Source: a virus | Length of the DNA: 64,000 bases | Strand: one strand, 5' to 3' | Virus record (IMG/VR): IMGVR_UViG_3300031707_000003 | Coordinates: 1 to 64,000 of that record | Shown: positions 15,563 through 25,023 of the stretch, in pieces | Position numbering within the stretch: the stretch's first letter is position 1 | How the letters are laid out: each line of letters starts with the position of its first letter | Program-made: the position numbers and the translations under genes | Notes under the pieces: generated by a model | Seen by the model: the letters and a program-made list of their open reading frames with translations, nothing else | The model's database searches: none | What the model was told of the DNA's origin: nothing

Positions 15563-16585
15563 ATGGCCAAGTCAGATCGTGCTGCGTACAAGTCGGGGGT
15601 GGGTCTCGACATCGGGACTATGAATATTGTTTCGGCTCGCCAGATCGGCGACAAGATCGAAACGAACCGCATCCGGGATGCGTTTCTCGACCTCGACTCA
15701 GATGCCAAGAAGACGCTCCGTCTCTCGAAGGTGGACTACATCGAGAAGGACGGGAACCTGATTGTCATCGGGGACTCGGCCCTCAACATGGCGAACCTCT
15801 TCAAGCGAGAGGTGCGTCGGCCACTCTCACGAGGCGTGATCTCGGCGGGTGAAATCGACGCCCAGCAGATCCTCAGCTTGCTCGTCAAGCACGTTCTAGG
15901 GGACCCTGGCACCCCAGGTGAGCACTGCTTCTACAGCGTGCCGGCAGCTCCCATCGACGACGAGAACCAGGACATCATCTACCACACCGAGGTCTTCCGC
16001 AAGATCCTCACCGAACACAACTACGCGGCCCACCCTCAAAACGAGGCGATGGCGATCATCTACAGCCAGTGCGCTAAGGAGAACTTCTCCGGGCTCGCCG
16101 TGAGCTTTGGCTCCGGTATGTGCAACATCGCTCTCGCCTATCAGACGGTGAAGGGGATGGACTTCTCGGTGGCTCGTGGTGGTGATTGGATTGACTCCCA
16201 TGCGGCGAAGGCCACGGGGTCCACGGCATCTCGCATGTGCTCCCTCAAGGAGAAGGGTGTCGACCTCGCGAACACGGCGGGAGATCGCGATGCAGAAGCC
16301 ATCGCGCTCTACATCCGGGCTCTCATCAAGTACTGTCTGGAGAACATCGCCATTCAGTTCCGCAAGGTGCAGAGCACGCTCAACCTACCGGAGCCCATCC
16401 CCTTCGTTGTCTCCGGCGGCACGAGTCGCGCAGGCGGCTTCATGGCGGTCTTCGAGGAAGAGTTCGAGGCCGTGAAGAAGAAGGGGTTCCCGATTCAGAT
16501 CAGTGAAGTCCGAGCGGCCAAGGATCCCATGACCGCCGTAGCGGAGGGTCTCCTCGTGCTTGCAATGGAGGAGCACGCGGACTGA
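15563..16585 (+). CDS. Actin-family (MreB/MamK/ParM-like, ASKHA fold) ATPase
   Basis: Phosphate-1 GLDIGTMNI, connect-1 NEAMA, phosphate-2 VSFGSGMCNI, GGDWID, adenosine VSGGTS, connect-2 DPMTAVAEG; RBS GAGAGG; alternative starts 15557/15503; the 15050 start in the track overlaps the Dps gene. Confidence 0.85.
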   Translation: MAKSDRAAYKSGVGLDIGTMNIVSARQIGDKIETNRIRDAFLDLDSDAKKTLRLSKVDYIEKDGNLIVIGDSALNMANLFKREVRRPLSRGVISAGEIDAQQILSLLVKHVLGDPGTPGEHCFYSVPAAPIDDENQDIIYHTEVFRKILTEHNYAAHPQNEAMAIIYSQCAKENFSGLAVSFGSGMCNIALAYQTVKGMDFSVARGGDWIDSHAAKATGSTASRMCSLKEKGVDLANTAGDRDAEAIALYIRALIKYCLENIAIQFRKVQSTLNLPEPIPFVVSGGTSRAGGFMAVFEEEFEAVKKKGFPIQISEVRAAKDPMTAVAEGLLVLAMEEHAD

Positions 16586-16588
16586 AGC

Positions 16589-17785
16589 ATGTACTTCTAC
16601 CTCGCGCAAGCGCTCAAGCGGCGTCTAATTCTGGAGCTGAAGGATAGCTTCTCGAAGCACCCCATCTACGAGAAGATCGTCCCGTTCATCCAGAACAAGT
16701 ACGCCTTTACCGAGCGACCCCAATTCGGGATTGTCGTGAAGGGTTCGAGCGCCAACAAGGTGAGCTTGGCCGCCGACAACTTCCTAGGGACCATTGAAAG
16801 TCACGTCATGCTCGCCTTCGTGGGGGAGGCGGCCTACCCCATCGAATGGATCCGAGAAGACCTCGCTGCTGTTCAAGCGAACAACGACAAGATGCCGATC
16901 CCGTCAGGCATCTACTACCTCGAAGTCCTATCGGTTCCCACAACCGCTCAGGGTCAGGGGATGTTTGCGATCGATCCCCTCATCGAAGTCACGGACGAAG
17001 CCGTGCTTGTCTTCGCGACGGGCATCGAGCAGGAGGCTCAACTTCAACAGCGCCCGACGAAGGGGACTCTCCGACTTTGGGAGAACCGCCGGTTTCTGCT
17101 CACCGAGGGCACGCATTTCACGGTTGATTACCTCACCGGCGCCATCGAGCTACTTCAACGGTTCAGCCCCAACTCGATCCTCACGGCGGACTACTTCTAC
17201 CCGGCAGATTCGATCGGGCCGGTCCCCTTCGTCTGGAACACGGCGGACTTCAAGACTCTCCCCGGCATCGTGATGGCTTTCGGGAAGCGGGCACGGGTAG
17301 GGGACAAGATCGCCATCCGAGTCTACCCGGATAGGGTTGAGGCGGCGAACGCTATCGGTGGTCGCTTCGACTTGAGCTTCGAGTTCGACGTCATCGCCCA
17401 AGACTCGATCCAGATGGAAGAGATTGCCGATCTCATCATCATGTACTTGTGGGGTCAAAAGCGCCCGGTCCTTTCGAGCGAAGGTATCGAACTCACCGAC
17501 ATCTCGATGGGTGGTGAGTCCGAGGAGACCTACGACGAGACGGCGGACACCTACTACTACAATGCCTCGATGACGGCGCAGCTCCAGGCGGACTGGGAAA
17601 TTCACATCCCGCTGCCCCTGACGATCAGCCGAGTGGTCGCGAACACGAAGCAACAGGACCTCACGACGACCCCCACGTCTTTGGACACGGGTACGACCAT
17701 CATTGGGGACGTCAAGAGCAAGCTCTTTTTCGCTACGAATCCTGTTCTTGCAGGCCGTAACAGTGCCTTCGAACGAATCAGATAA
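16589..17785 (+). CDS. Putative tail terminator/tail completion protein
   Basis: Directly upstream of sheath region; FDLSFEFDVIAQDSIQMEEIADLI..YYNASMTAQLQADW alpha/beta pattern with inserted DYLTGAIEL..ADY beta domain. Confidence 0.5.
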   Translation: MYFYLAQALKRRLILELKDSFSKHPIYEKIVPFIQNKYAFTERPQFGIVVKGSSANKVSLAADNFLGTIESHVMLAFVGEAAYPIEWIREDLAAVQANNDKMPIPSGIYYLEVLSVPTTAQGQGMFAIDPLIEVTDEAVLVFATGIEQEAQLQQRPTKGTLRLWENRRFLLTEGTHFTVDYLTGAIELLQRFSPNSILTADYFYPADSIGPVPFVWNTADFKTLPGIVMAFGKRARVGDKIAIRVYPDRVEAANAIGGRFDLSFEFDVIAQDSIQMEEIADLIIMYLWGQKRPVLSSEGIELTDISMGGESEETYDETADTYYYNASMTAQLQADWEIHIPLPLTISRVVANTKQQDLTTTPTSLDTGTTIIGDVKSKLFFATNPVLAGRNSAFERIR

Positions 17786-17799
17786 AATGAGGGATCCCA

Positions 17800-18249
17800 A
17801 TGCCGCTGTACGCTTTTGAGTGCCAAGAGTGCCTCGTCCGCTTCGAGAGGACCCTCAAAATGGGGGATCACACGACCCATCCGTGCCCGTCTTGTAAGGA
17901 CGATGCGCCTCGGATCCTCGACCAACAGGGGTTCGGGTTCGGGTTCGCGGCCTCTGCTAGTGCCGCTCCGGCCAACACTGGCGTCCACGCGGATGACTAT
18001 CCGACGGCCGACAGGGCGGTCGGGAAGAGTGCCGAGTCGCGGTGGGAAGTCATCTCCGATCGTGAAAAAGTGAAGGGCGAGGCTAGAAAACAGGGGGAAA
18101 CCCACGCTCTCATCCGTCACACCGGGCCCGGTTTCATCGATTATGAGCCGATGTCGGATGTGGGGCGGAATGCTCGTCGGAAGCTCGCAAAGGCCGCTGT
18201 TGACGCCGCTAAGGTGGCTCGACAGGGAGAAGTGAAGCCGCCTCGATAA
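17800..18249 (+). CDS. FmdB-family zinc ribbon protein
   Basis: MPLYAFECQEC...FE...CPSC....RI signature. Confidence 0.8.
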   Translation: MPLYAFECQECLVRFERTLKMGDHTTHPCPSCKDDAPRILDQQGFGFGFAASASAAPANTGVHADDYPTADRAVGKSAESRWEVISDREKVKGEARKQGETHALIRHTGPGFIDYEPMSDVGRNARRKLAKAAVDAAKVARQGEVKPPR

Positions 18250-18318
18250 TGTTTCGTTCGTAAGGGCAGGTAGACGCCCAGGCTCTACTTGGCGCCATTA
18301 AGATCAGAATCGAATCAC

Positions 18319-18352
18319 ACCGTACGGTTTTCCTCTACTCGGCATGCCGAGT
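18319..18352. promoter_or_regulatory. Two perfect palindromes in the sheath leader
   Basis: ACCGTACGGT (18319-18328) and ACTCGGCATGCCGAGT (18337-18352). Confidence 0.5.
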
Positions 18353-18404
18353 CAGATCCGAACGCAGATCGAATCAAGTCTAATTTCCCTGAGGAGATCC
18401 GCCA

Positions 18405-21400
18405 ATGGCGTTGGGTCCGTTCATTACCTACGTACCGCCCGGTGTTTACACACGGACGCTCACTGAAACGAACGCCTCGAACCTCGTGGCAGGGCTTCGA
18501 ATCCCCGTTCTCATTGGCGTAGGCCAGGAAGAGCTGGAGCAGGACGACCTGGAGTTGGTCCGTGGCAGTAGTTCTACTGTCGACCAGCAGATCGTCAGCG
18601 AAGATGTGTCGTTGGAGTGGGTGGTCAACGCGACCAACCCCAACAACCTCATCCTCGGCGCTCAAGACGGGACCCTCACTCAGTTGAGGGTGCGGAACTA
18701 CCCGATCGTCGACGGTCAGGGGTTCGGCCGCGTCACCAACGACACGCGCACGGTCACCGTGACGGTCAACGGGACGCCGGTTGCTCTCGGCGGGGTGCAG
18801 GGCCAGAAGGGCCTTGTTACGCTCCAGGTGCCGACGCAGCCCACCGACGTCGTTCGGATCACCTACTTCTTCCATCGCGGCGACACCGCGTTCACGGATG
18901 ATGTCTCGTCTCAGGTGGAGTCGCTCAACGCGTTCCTCATCACGCCAGGCGTCGAACCGTTCAACATCACGTCGGGCACGAACGATCAGTTCATCCTCAC
19001 GGTGAACTCGATCTCGGCGACGATCACTCTGCCTCCGGGAGCGCTCACGGCAGCGGCCCTCAAGTCGGTCATCGACTCGGCCGCCGTCCCGAACCTCTCG
19101 ACGTCGGTTTTCACCGACAATGCTGGGTTGAACCACATCCAGTTCACGACCCCGATCTCGCTCCTCGTCGGTTCGGGTTCGGCGAATGGACCCCTCGGCT
19201 TTTCGACCGGGGCCCACACGACCCGTAACCAGGCTTTTCGTGTCTTCCAGCGTCCGATCGTGGACGGTACGAGCGGCGGTATCACGACGACGGACCCCAC
19301 GAAGGTCGTCGCCAAGGTCAACGGCACGCAAGTCGTCGTCCAGGCTGTCGATGGTGCCAACGGCATCGTGACCCTGCCCTTCGCCCCCGCACCAGGTTCG
19401 ACGGTCACCCTCCAGTACTTCGCGAACACCTGGCAGGACACGTTCGACTACCTGCCGAACAGTCTCGTCACGACGGTCCTTCGGGCGGGTATCTCCCCCG
19501 GCCGCAACGACTACATCCAGGGTCAGGACTTCATCGTCTCGAACCCGACGCCCGATGTCAGCCTCATCAACTGGGGCACGGGTTTCGTGGTCGCGGCCTC
19601 GTCTACCTCTCCGGGTGCGACCCCGTTCGATGGATCAACGGGCTCTGGTGGGCAGATCACGTCGACCCTCGTGGACGACCAGTTCTACTTGAGTGCCTGT
19701 GTGCGTGTCACGGACACGACGACCATCCCGGCGACGGTCTCGAACACGGACTTCCTCCTTCCCGAAGTGCCGACGACCGGCAACGGGCGGAACACTCCGC
19801 TTGGCCTGCCGCTCTACCAGTCGGTCACCAACTCGCGGCAGGACCTCATCACGAACCGCCCGGACCTCATCGTGGTCCGTGTCGGTCGCACGCTCCGTGA
19901 TGCCCTCGGTCGCCCCGCAGTGGCCGTCACTTCGGTGGATGGCGTCAACCGCCGTATCACCCTGAAGAACCCCGTCCCGCCGGATTGGAACGCCTACGCG
20001 ACGTTCTACTACAACCGGATCGTCGACGACACGTTCATCTTCACGTGCACGGTCCCTGGGGCCGTGGGTGCGGGTCAGTACACGGTCTTCTCGTCCGTCC
20101 GCAACACGAATCTCTTCGAGGTTCAGTTCGGTGTCAAGACGGGCTTTGCTCAGATCGTCCAGTGGCCTCGCGGCGTGGAGCAGATCCCCGACGCCTTCCA
20201 CACGGGCAACGGCACGCCGGTCAGCGAGATCGTCACGATCACGTTTGGCACCTCGGCAGCGACGAACGCGTCGTTCACGAACCGGGGCGCCGAACCCTAC
20301 TCGTTCTTCTCACCGTTCTCGACCTCGTGGGTCACGAACGTCAACGGCGTCAACCAGACGACACTCCTTTCGCTGGCAGCCCAGGGCTATCTCGTTGGTG
20401 GACACGTGGCGGTCATCCAGACCGGCCCTGACACCGGCAAGATCACCGTTCCAGCCTCTCCGAACAACCAGCTCAACATCGCGATCGATGGGGTCACGAT
20501 CGCTACGATCGCTCTCCCGGTGGGTAACCAATTCCCGACGGCGATCGTTGCGGCTATCAATGCCGGCATCGACGCCAACGCGACGTTCATCGGAACGGCT
20601 CCCAACAACCTCGCTCGGTTCGCTCAGATCGGCGGCGCTACCGGCGACGTCTTCTTCATCATCAAGTCCTACTCGACTCCGGCGGCACTCCCCGCAGGCT
20701 TCGATGCGGCTGCGACGGTGCGAATCAACCAGGGTACCGTCGAGAGCACTCTCGGGCTCCCCACATTCGCTCAGGTGGCGGGCACGCCCGGCGCGATCAA
20801 CAAGCCGGCGACCCTCCTCGGTGGGCTTGCAGGTCCGTTCAATATCACGTCGGGTCTGAACGACCAGCTCAACGTCCGCCTGAACGGGACGGACTACCAG
20901 GTCATTCTCCCGGCCGGTGCGGCGGTCACGGCAGCAGCCGTGGTGGTGGCCATCAACCTCGTCCCAGGCCTTGCCGGCGTCGCCTCGGTGGGTACCCTCG
21001 CGAACGTCAACAAGGTCCGTCTCACTTCGACCACCAACGATGGCGGCTCCTCGCTGCTCATCCTCTTGGGGTCGGCGAACGCGGTTCTTGGGTATGTCCA
21101 GAACCAGCTCGCGTCCCAAACCAAGGTCACGGCTCAAGAAGTCGTCGATGAACTCATGGCTACGGCCGGTTTCATCACGGGCGCGGTTGCCTACGTTGAT
21201 CCGCTCAACGGCAACAACTACATCACGTTCGAGTCCTTGACGACGGGCGCGGCCACGTCGAACATCGGCTTCTCGAACTCGGCGAACTCGGCGTTCAACC
21301 CGACGACAGGCATCGGCCTCGCGGTGGGTGTTGACGGCGACGTTGGTGAGGATCCGCAGAACAACTACACGGTCACGTCGACCTCGCCTCAGGGTTCGGC

Positions 21401-22700
21401 TGGTACGGGCATTCCCGGTCAGACGTACACGGATGCGAGGACGGGACTCCGGTTCTCGATTCTCCCGGCTTCGACGGGAAGCTACACGCCGACGGGCAAC
21501 TTCACGCTCCTGATCTCCCCGACGTTCCACGTGAACCCGAGCGTTCCGCGTTACTCGATCGGCGGTCTGGAGACCATCGTGTCCAACACGGTGGGTGTCG
21601 GGATCAACGATACCTCGACGCTTCAGACGTTCAACCCTGGTGGAGTGGAGCCGGCGAACGGCGACTTCTACTTCGTGTCGTACCGCTTCTTGAAGCAGGA
21701 CTTCTCGACGCGCATCTTCCAGCAGCTCAAGACGATCGAGGCGAACTTCGGCAAGACAGCCCCGGAAAACCGGGTCACTCTCGCAGCGTTCCTCGCGATC
21801 CTCAACGGCGCGGTGCTCGTCGGCATCAAGCAGGTCCTCAAGATTCCGAACACCAACCAGGCGTCGGATCAGAGCTTCAACGCGGCCATCGACGAACTGG
21901 CAACCCCGCTTCCTGGCAACGTGAAGCCGGACATCCTCGTCCCGCTCGCAACCAGCACGGCGGTCTACGCCCACCTCACGAACCACTGCGAAGTCCAGTC
22001 CAACATCCGCAATCAGTCGGAGCGGATTGGGTTCATTGGGTTCGCGTCGGGGACGTCGCCGACATCGGCGCAAACGGTGGCCAAGGGCCTCAACTCCAGC
22101 CGCATCGTCGCCTTCTACCCCGACAGCGCGGTGGTGACCCTCACGGACGAACTCGGTCAGTCCTTCGAGTCGCTCGTGGACGGCAGCTTCTTCGGAGCGG
22201 CCGTGGCGGGGGCAGTTGTGGCTCCTTCGGTGGACGTTGCGACGCCGTACACGCGCCGCCGCATCCAGGGCTTCACCCGCATTCCGAGGATCCTCGATCC
22301 GGTTGAGGCAAACCAGACGGCGGTGGCAGGCGTCACGCTCCTGGAGGACCTCGAACCCGTCGTCCGCATCCGTCAGGGGCTCACGACGAACATGTCGTCG
22401 ATCCTCACCCGTCTTCCGACGGTCATCCAGATCGCTGACTTCGTCCAACAGCAGAGCCGAGCCATCCTCGACTCGTTCGTTGGTACGAAGTTCCTGGCGG
22501 CTCGTACCAACGAGGTCGTCGTCTCGATGACGGGGCTCTTCAGGAGCCTCGTCCAAGCGGAAATCGTCTCGGCCTTCACCGGGATGAGCGCGGCCATCGA
22601 CCCCGATGATCCGACCATCCTCCGCTTCGAGGCGTTCTACTCGCCGGTCTTCCCGCTCCTCTACCTCGTCCTCACGTTCAACCTCCGCGCTCGCATCTGA
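18405..22700 (+). CDS. Contractile tail sheath protein with many inserted domains
   Basis: N-terminal YVPPGVYTRT..IPVLIG; C-terminal sheath core (ERIGFIG, GVTLLE..VRIRQGLTT, IADFV..FVGTK, YSPVFPLLYLVLTF); RBS GAGGAG. Confidence 0.9.
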   Translation: MALGPFITYVPPGVYTRTLTETNASNLVAGLRIPVLIGVGQEELEQDDLELVRGSSSTVDQQIVSEDVSLEWVVNATNPNNLILGAQDGTLTQLRVRNYPIVDGQGFGRVTNDTRTVTVTVNGTPVALGGVQGQKGLVTLQVPTQPTDVVRITYFFHRGDTAFTDDVSSQVESLNAFLITPGVEPFNITSGTNDQFILTVNSISATITLPPGALTAAALKSVIDSAAVPNLSTSVFTDNAGLNHIQFTTPISLLVGSGSANGPLGFSTGAHTTRNQAFRVFQRPIVDGTSGGITTTDPTKVVAKVNGTQVVVQAVDGANGIVTLPFAPAPGSTVTLQYFANTWQDTFDYLPNSLVTTVLRAGISPGRNDYIQGQDFIVSNPTPDVSLINWGTGFVVAASSTSPGATPFDGSTGSGGQITSTLVDDQFYLSACVRVTDTTTIPATVSNTDFLLPEVPTTGNGRNTPLGLPLYQSVTNSRQDLITNRPDLIVVRVGRTLRDALGRPAVAVTSVDGVNRRITLKNPVPPDWNAYATFYYNRIVDDTFIFTCTVPGAVGAGQYTVFSSVRNTNLFEVQFGVKTGFAQIVQWPRGVEQIPDAFHTGNGTPVSEIVTITFGTSAATNASFTNRGAEPYSFFSPFSTSWVTNVNGVNQTTLLSLAAQGYLVGGHVAVIQTGPDTGKITVPASPNNQLNIAIDGVTIATIALPVGNQFPTAIVAAINAGIDANATFIGTAPNNLARFAQIGGATGDVFFIIKSYSTPAALPAGFDAAATVRINQGTVESTLGLPTFAQVAGTPGAINKPATLLGGLAGPFNITSGLNDQLNVRLNGTDYQVILPAGAAVTAAAVVVAINLVPGLAGVASVGTLANVNKVRLTSTTNDGGSSLLILLGSANAVLGYVQNQLASQTKVTAQEVVDELMATAGFITGAVAYVDPLNGNNYITFESLTTGAATSNIGFSNSANSAFNPTTGIGLAVGVDGDVGEDPQNNYTVTSTSPQGSAGTGIPGQTYTDARTGLRFSILPASTGSYTPTGNFTLLISPTFHVNPSVPRYSIGGLETIVSNTVGVGINDTSTLQTFNPGGVEPANGDFYFVSYRFLKQDFSTRIFQQLKTIEANFGKTAPENRVTLAAFLAILNGAVLVGIKQVLKIPNTNQASDQSFNAAIDELATPLPGNVKPDILVPLATSTAVYAHLTNHCEVQSNIRNQSERIGFIGFASGTSPTSAQTVAKGLNSSRIVAFYPDSAVVTLTDELGQSFESLVDGSFFGAAVAGAVVAPSVDVATPYTRRRIQGFTRIPRILDPVEANQTAVAGVTLLEDLEPVVRIRQGLTTNMSSILTRLPTVIQIADFVQQQSRAILDSFVGTKFLAARTNEVVVSMTGLFRSLVQAEIVSAFTGMSAAIDPDDPTILRFEAFYSPVFPLLYLVLTFNLRARI

Positions 22701-22713
22701 GCAGGGGTAGGTA

Positions 22714-23256
22714 GTGCCCACCGAGGCCAATTTCGACTTCCCGATCGTTGAGCTGGAGGCAGACTCTCCGCAAGGCATTGGGAAGGTTGGCCTTTACGAT
22801 TTCCTCATGGATGTGGGCAGCACGGGCATTCGCTTCGTGGCTGCCCTCCCTGGTCTTCTTCGGACATGGGGTCCCGAATTTACGTTGGCTGCTCAGAAGG
22901 CAGCGTATCTTCGGGCAGCATCGACCATCGCCCAGTGGGGGATCGTCAGCGGGGATACGTTCGGCTTTCTTGCCCAAGGGGCGGGGCTTTCGGATGCCGA
23001 CCTCGCCTTGAGGTACAACGTCTCTCTTGCGACTGTCCAGGGGTGGATTGCGAACACCATCCCGGTTCCCCCATCCGTTTGGAGATGCCTGGCCTCGCTT
23101 GTGGGCAGCCTCGATGGCAGGGCGATTTCGGACTTCGCCCTCTCTCCGTCCAGCCTTCGCCCAAGGCTCATTCGGATCTTTCCGAACGCTCCGATGCCCT
23201 CGGCACCTCCTCAAAACACACCCCCTGCGTGTCCGCCCCCGCCACGTATCTGTTGA
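22714..23256 (+). CDS. XRE-type HTH protein resembling MqsA-like antitoxin C-terminus
   Basis: SGDTFGFLAQGAGLSDADLALRYNVSLATVQGW..IPVP..W..LASLV. Confidence 0.55.
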   Translation: MPTEANFDFPIVELEADSPQGIGKVGLYDFLMDVGSTGIRFVAALPGLLRTWGPEFTLAAQKAAYLRAASTIAQWGIVSGDTFGFLAQGAGLSDADLALRYNVSLATVQGWIANTIPVPPSVWRCLASLVGSLDGRAISDFALSPSSLRPRLIRIFPNAPMPSAPPQNTPPACPPPPRIC

Positions 23257-23274
23257 TCCGGTGTAGAGAGGCGC

Positions 23275-24141
23275 GTGCCTCTCGATCCCGCTGTCGACTT
23301 CAAGGTTCACATCGAGCCGAATCTTCCGGCCATCATCCCTAACTCTGTTTCATTCGAGACGGGTGCAACACGGGAACAGGCGGCCGATCCCGATCTCTAC
23401 GTCTACGAACACCACGGCAAAGGTTTTGGGGTTACGGACCCCGGTGCTCTCACGGCGTTCTTCGAGGACCTCATCCTCGGTCGTGCACTTCCGCTGTCGT
23501 TCGCGACGACGGGCATCCATGATGTCGATGTTCTCGTTGCGATAGCCCTGTTTCTGCAAAGGGACTTGGCGATCCACCCCGCCATGCCGGGCTTCATCGC
23601 GGCCGTGGACTTGGTCCATCGAAGAGGGTTGCCGGCGCTCGCTCACATTGACGCGGATCTGGCCCGCTTTTTGTGCATCCTGAGGGCCTACTTCCCTGAG
23701 AAGGGCCTCACCAAGCGGGAGTTCGGAGATCGCCTGACGACCTCCGTGGGGTGGGTTCGCGACTATGTGATGAACGGGCTTTTGCCGCACGCAGGATCGC
23801 CCTTGACCCCAATACGGGTCATCCAACCGGGGACCAATGGTTTCATACTAGGCGAAACGTTGGGCTCCCTCATCGACGGGTGGGTTGAGGCTTACCGTCA
23901 GGGGTACCTTAGGGGTCTGCTAGTGAGTCCCGACATCGATGGGCGACGGTTTATGCTCGGGTCTCGGAAAAGCGCCTACATCGCGTTCGACCTGCCGATG
24001 GCGGCAAGGCTCCTGAACCAGATGGAGGGGGCGATGGGCGAGCTTCCTGAGTGGAAAAGTGATGGGTTTTGGCTGGAAAGCCCTCCGGATGGGACGCTCA
24101 TCCTGACTTCACACGTTGTCGAGGTCCTCATTCGGGTCTGA
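23275..24141 (+). CDS. Divergent DHH-like phosphoesterase candidate
   Basis: YEHHG followed by IHDVDVLVAIALF (DHH-like motif before DxD motif). Confidence 0.4.
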   Translation: MPLDPAVDFKVHIEPNLPAIIPNSVSFETGATREQAADPDLYVYEHHGKGFGVTDPGALTAFFEDLILGRALPLSFATTGIHDVDVLVAIALFLQRDLAIHPAMPGFIAAVDLVHRRGLPALAHIDADLARFLCILRAYFPEKGLTKREFGDRLTTSVGWVRDYVMNGLLPHAGSPLTPIRVIQPGTNGFILGETLGSLIDGWVEAYRQGYLRGLLVSPDIDGRRFMLGSRKSAYIAFDLPMAARLLNQMEGAMGELPEWKSDGFWLESPPDGTLILTSHVVEVLIRV

Positions 24142-24181
24142 GAAGGAATCGTTAGTCCTTTCGTGACCGGTCTATTGCGAC

Positions 24182-25003
24182 ATGGGCCGGAAGACGCTCG
24201 TAACTCTAGGCACGGATGGGCTGAGTGACTTCGTGCATCTTTCGGATGGCACGAAGTACATGCTCGGAGCCGTTTCTCCGCTGCGATTCGTTGTCGAGAC
24301 GGTTTCCGGCAGTCATGCGGTGAGGAGCGCCTTGGACACGTTTCTCGCCAAGGGTCACGCCATGTTCACGGCCGACTTGGATCGGATGTGGGAGCTACTC
24401 AAGCCAAAAAGGGCCCGCTGGTCGGCCCTCACGGATCCTCTTATTCCCTCGTCGGATCGAACCTCTTTTACACCAAGGCAGGGCATGACCATGGCAGACG
24501 ATCAGTGGACCAAGGAAGCGATCACCAACCAGATCGCTCGCATCGAGGGCCAAATCTCGACCCTTCAGCAGCACGCGAAGGAAGCGTCTCCTGGGTCGAT
24601 CTCGTCAGACATGATGAAGAACGACATCGAGGGTCTTCGGAGCCTCGTGGCGTTGCTTCGTCGTCCGTCTCCGTACGGCAATCAGAGCCAGAACGGGACG
24701 TATTACGGTCTCAAGGGCGCGTCGGGGGCCCCCTCGTACGAGCACTTCAAGGTCAACACCCAGTCCGCTGCGGACATCATCGCGAGTGTCGATGAGGCGA
24801 ACACCAAGATCGACCAGCTCGTGACGGCGGGTCGACGGTTCGACGCCCCTCGCGCCAAGCAAGACCTCCACAGGATCGCCTCGAAGACGGCGGAGATCAT
24901 GCAGAACGTCGATCTCGGTCAACCGTGGGTGCAAGGTGACCTCACGGAACTCGCGAAACAGGCCAGTGACATCCACGGTCTCTTCGCGAACGCGAAGGTC
25001 TGA
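24182..25003 (+). CDS. Hypothetical helical protein
   Basis: 273-aa ORF with matching codon style; possible internal start near 24485-24491. Confidence 0.65.
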   Translation: MGRKTLVTLGTDGLSDFVHLSDGTKYMLGAVSPLRFVVETVSGSHAVRSALDTFLAKGHAMFTADLDRMWELLKPKRARWSALTDPLIPSSDRTSFTPRQGMTMADDQWTKEAITNQIARIEGQISTLQQHAKEASPGSISSDMMKNDIEGLRSLVALLRRPSPYGNQSQNGTYYGLKGASGAPSYEHFKVNTQSAADIIASVDEANTKIDQLVTAGRRFDAPRAKQDLHRIASKTAEIMQNVDLGQPWVQGDLTELAKQASDIHGLFANAKV

Positions 25004-25023
25004 AGAGGAGAAGGGGTTAAGCC

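Noticed and set aside
20310-22778. Long minus-strand ORFs (822 aa here; also 28628-30304, 34750-35991, 18315-19331 and many shorter ones)
   Set aside because: Antisense shadows of GC3-rich + strand genes; Arg/Val/Asp-biased, no motifs, fully overlapping well-supported genes
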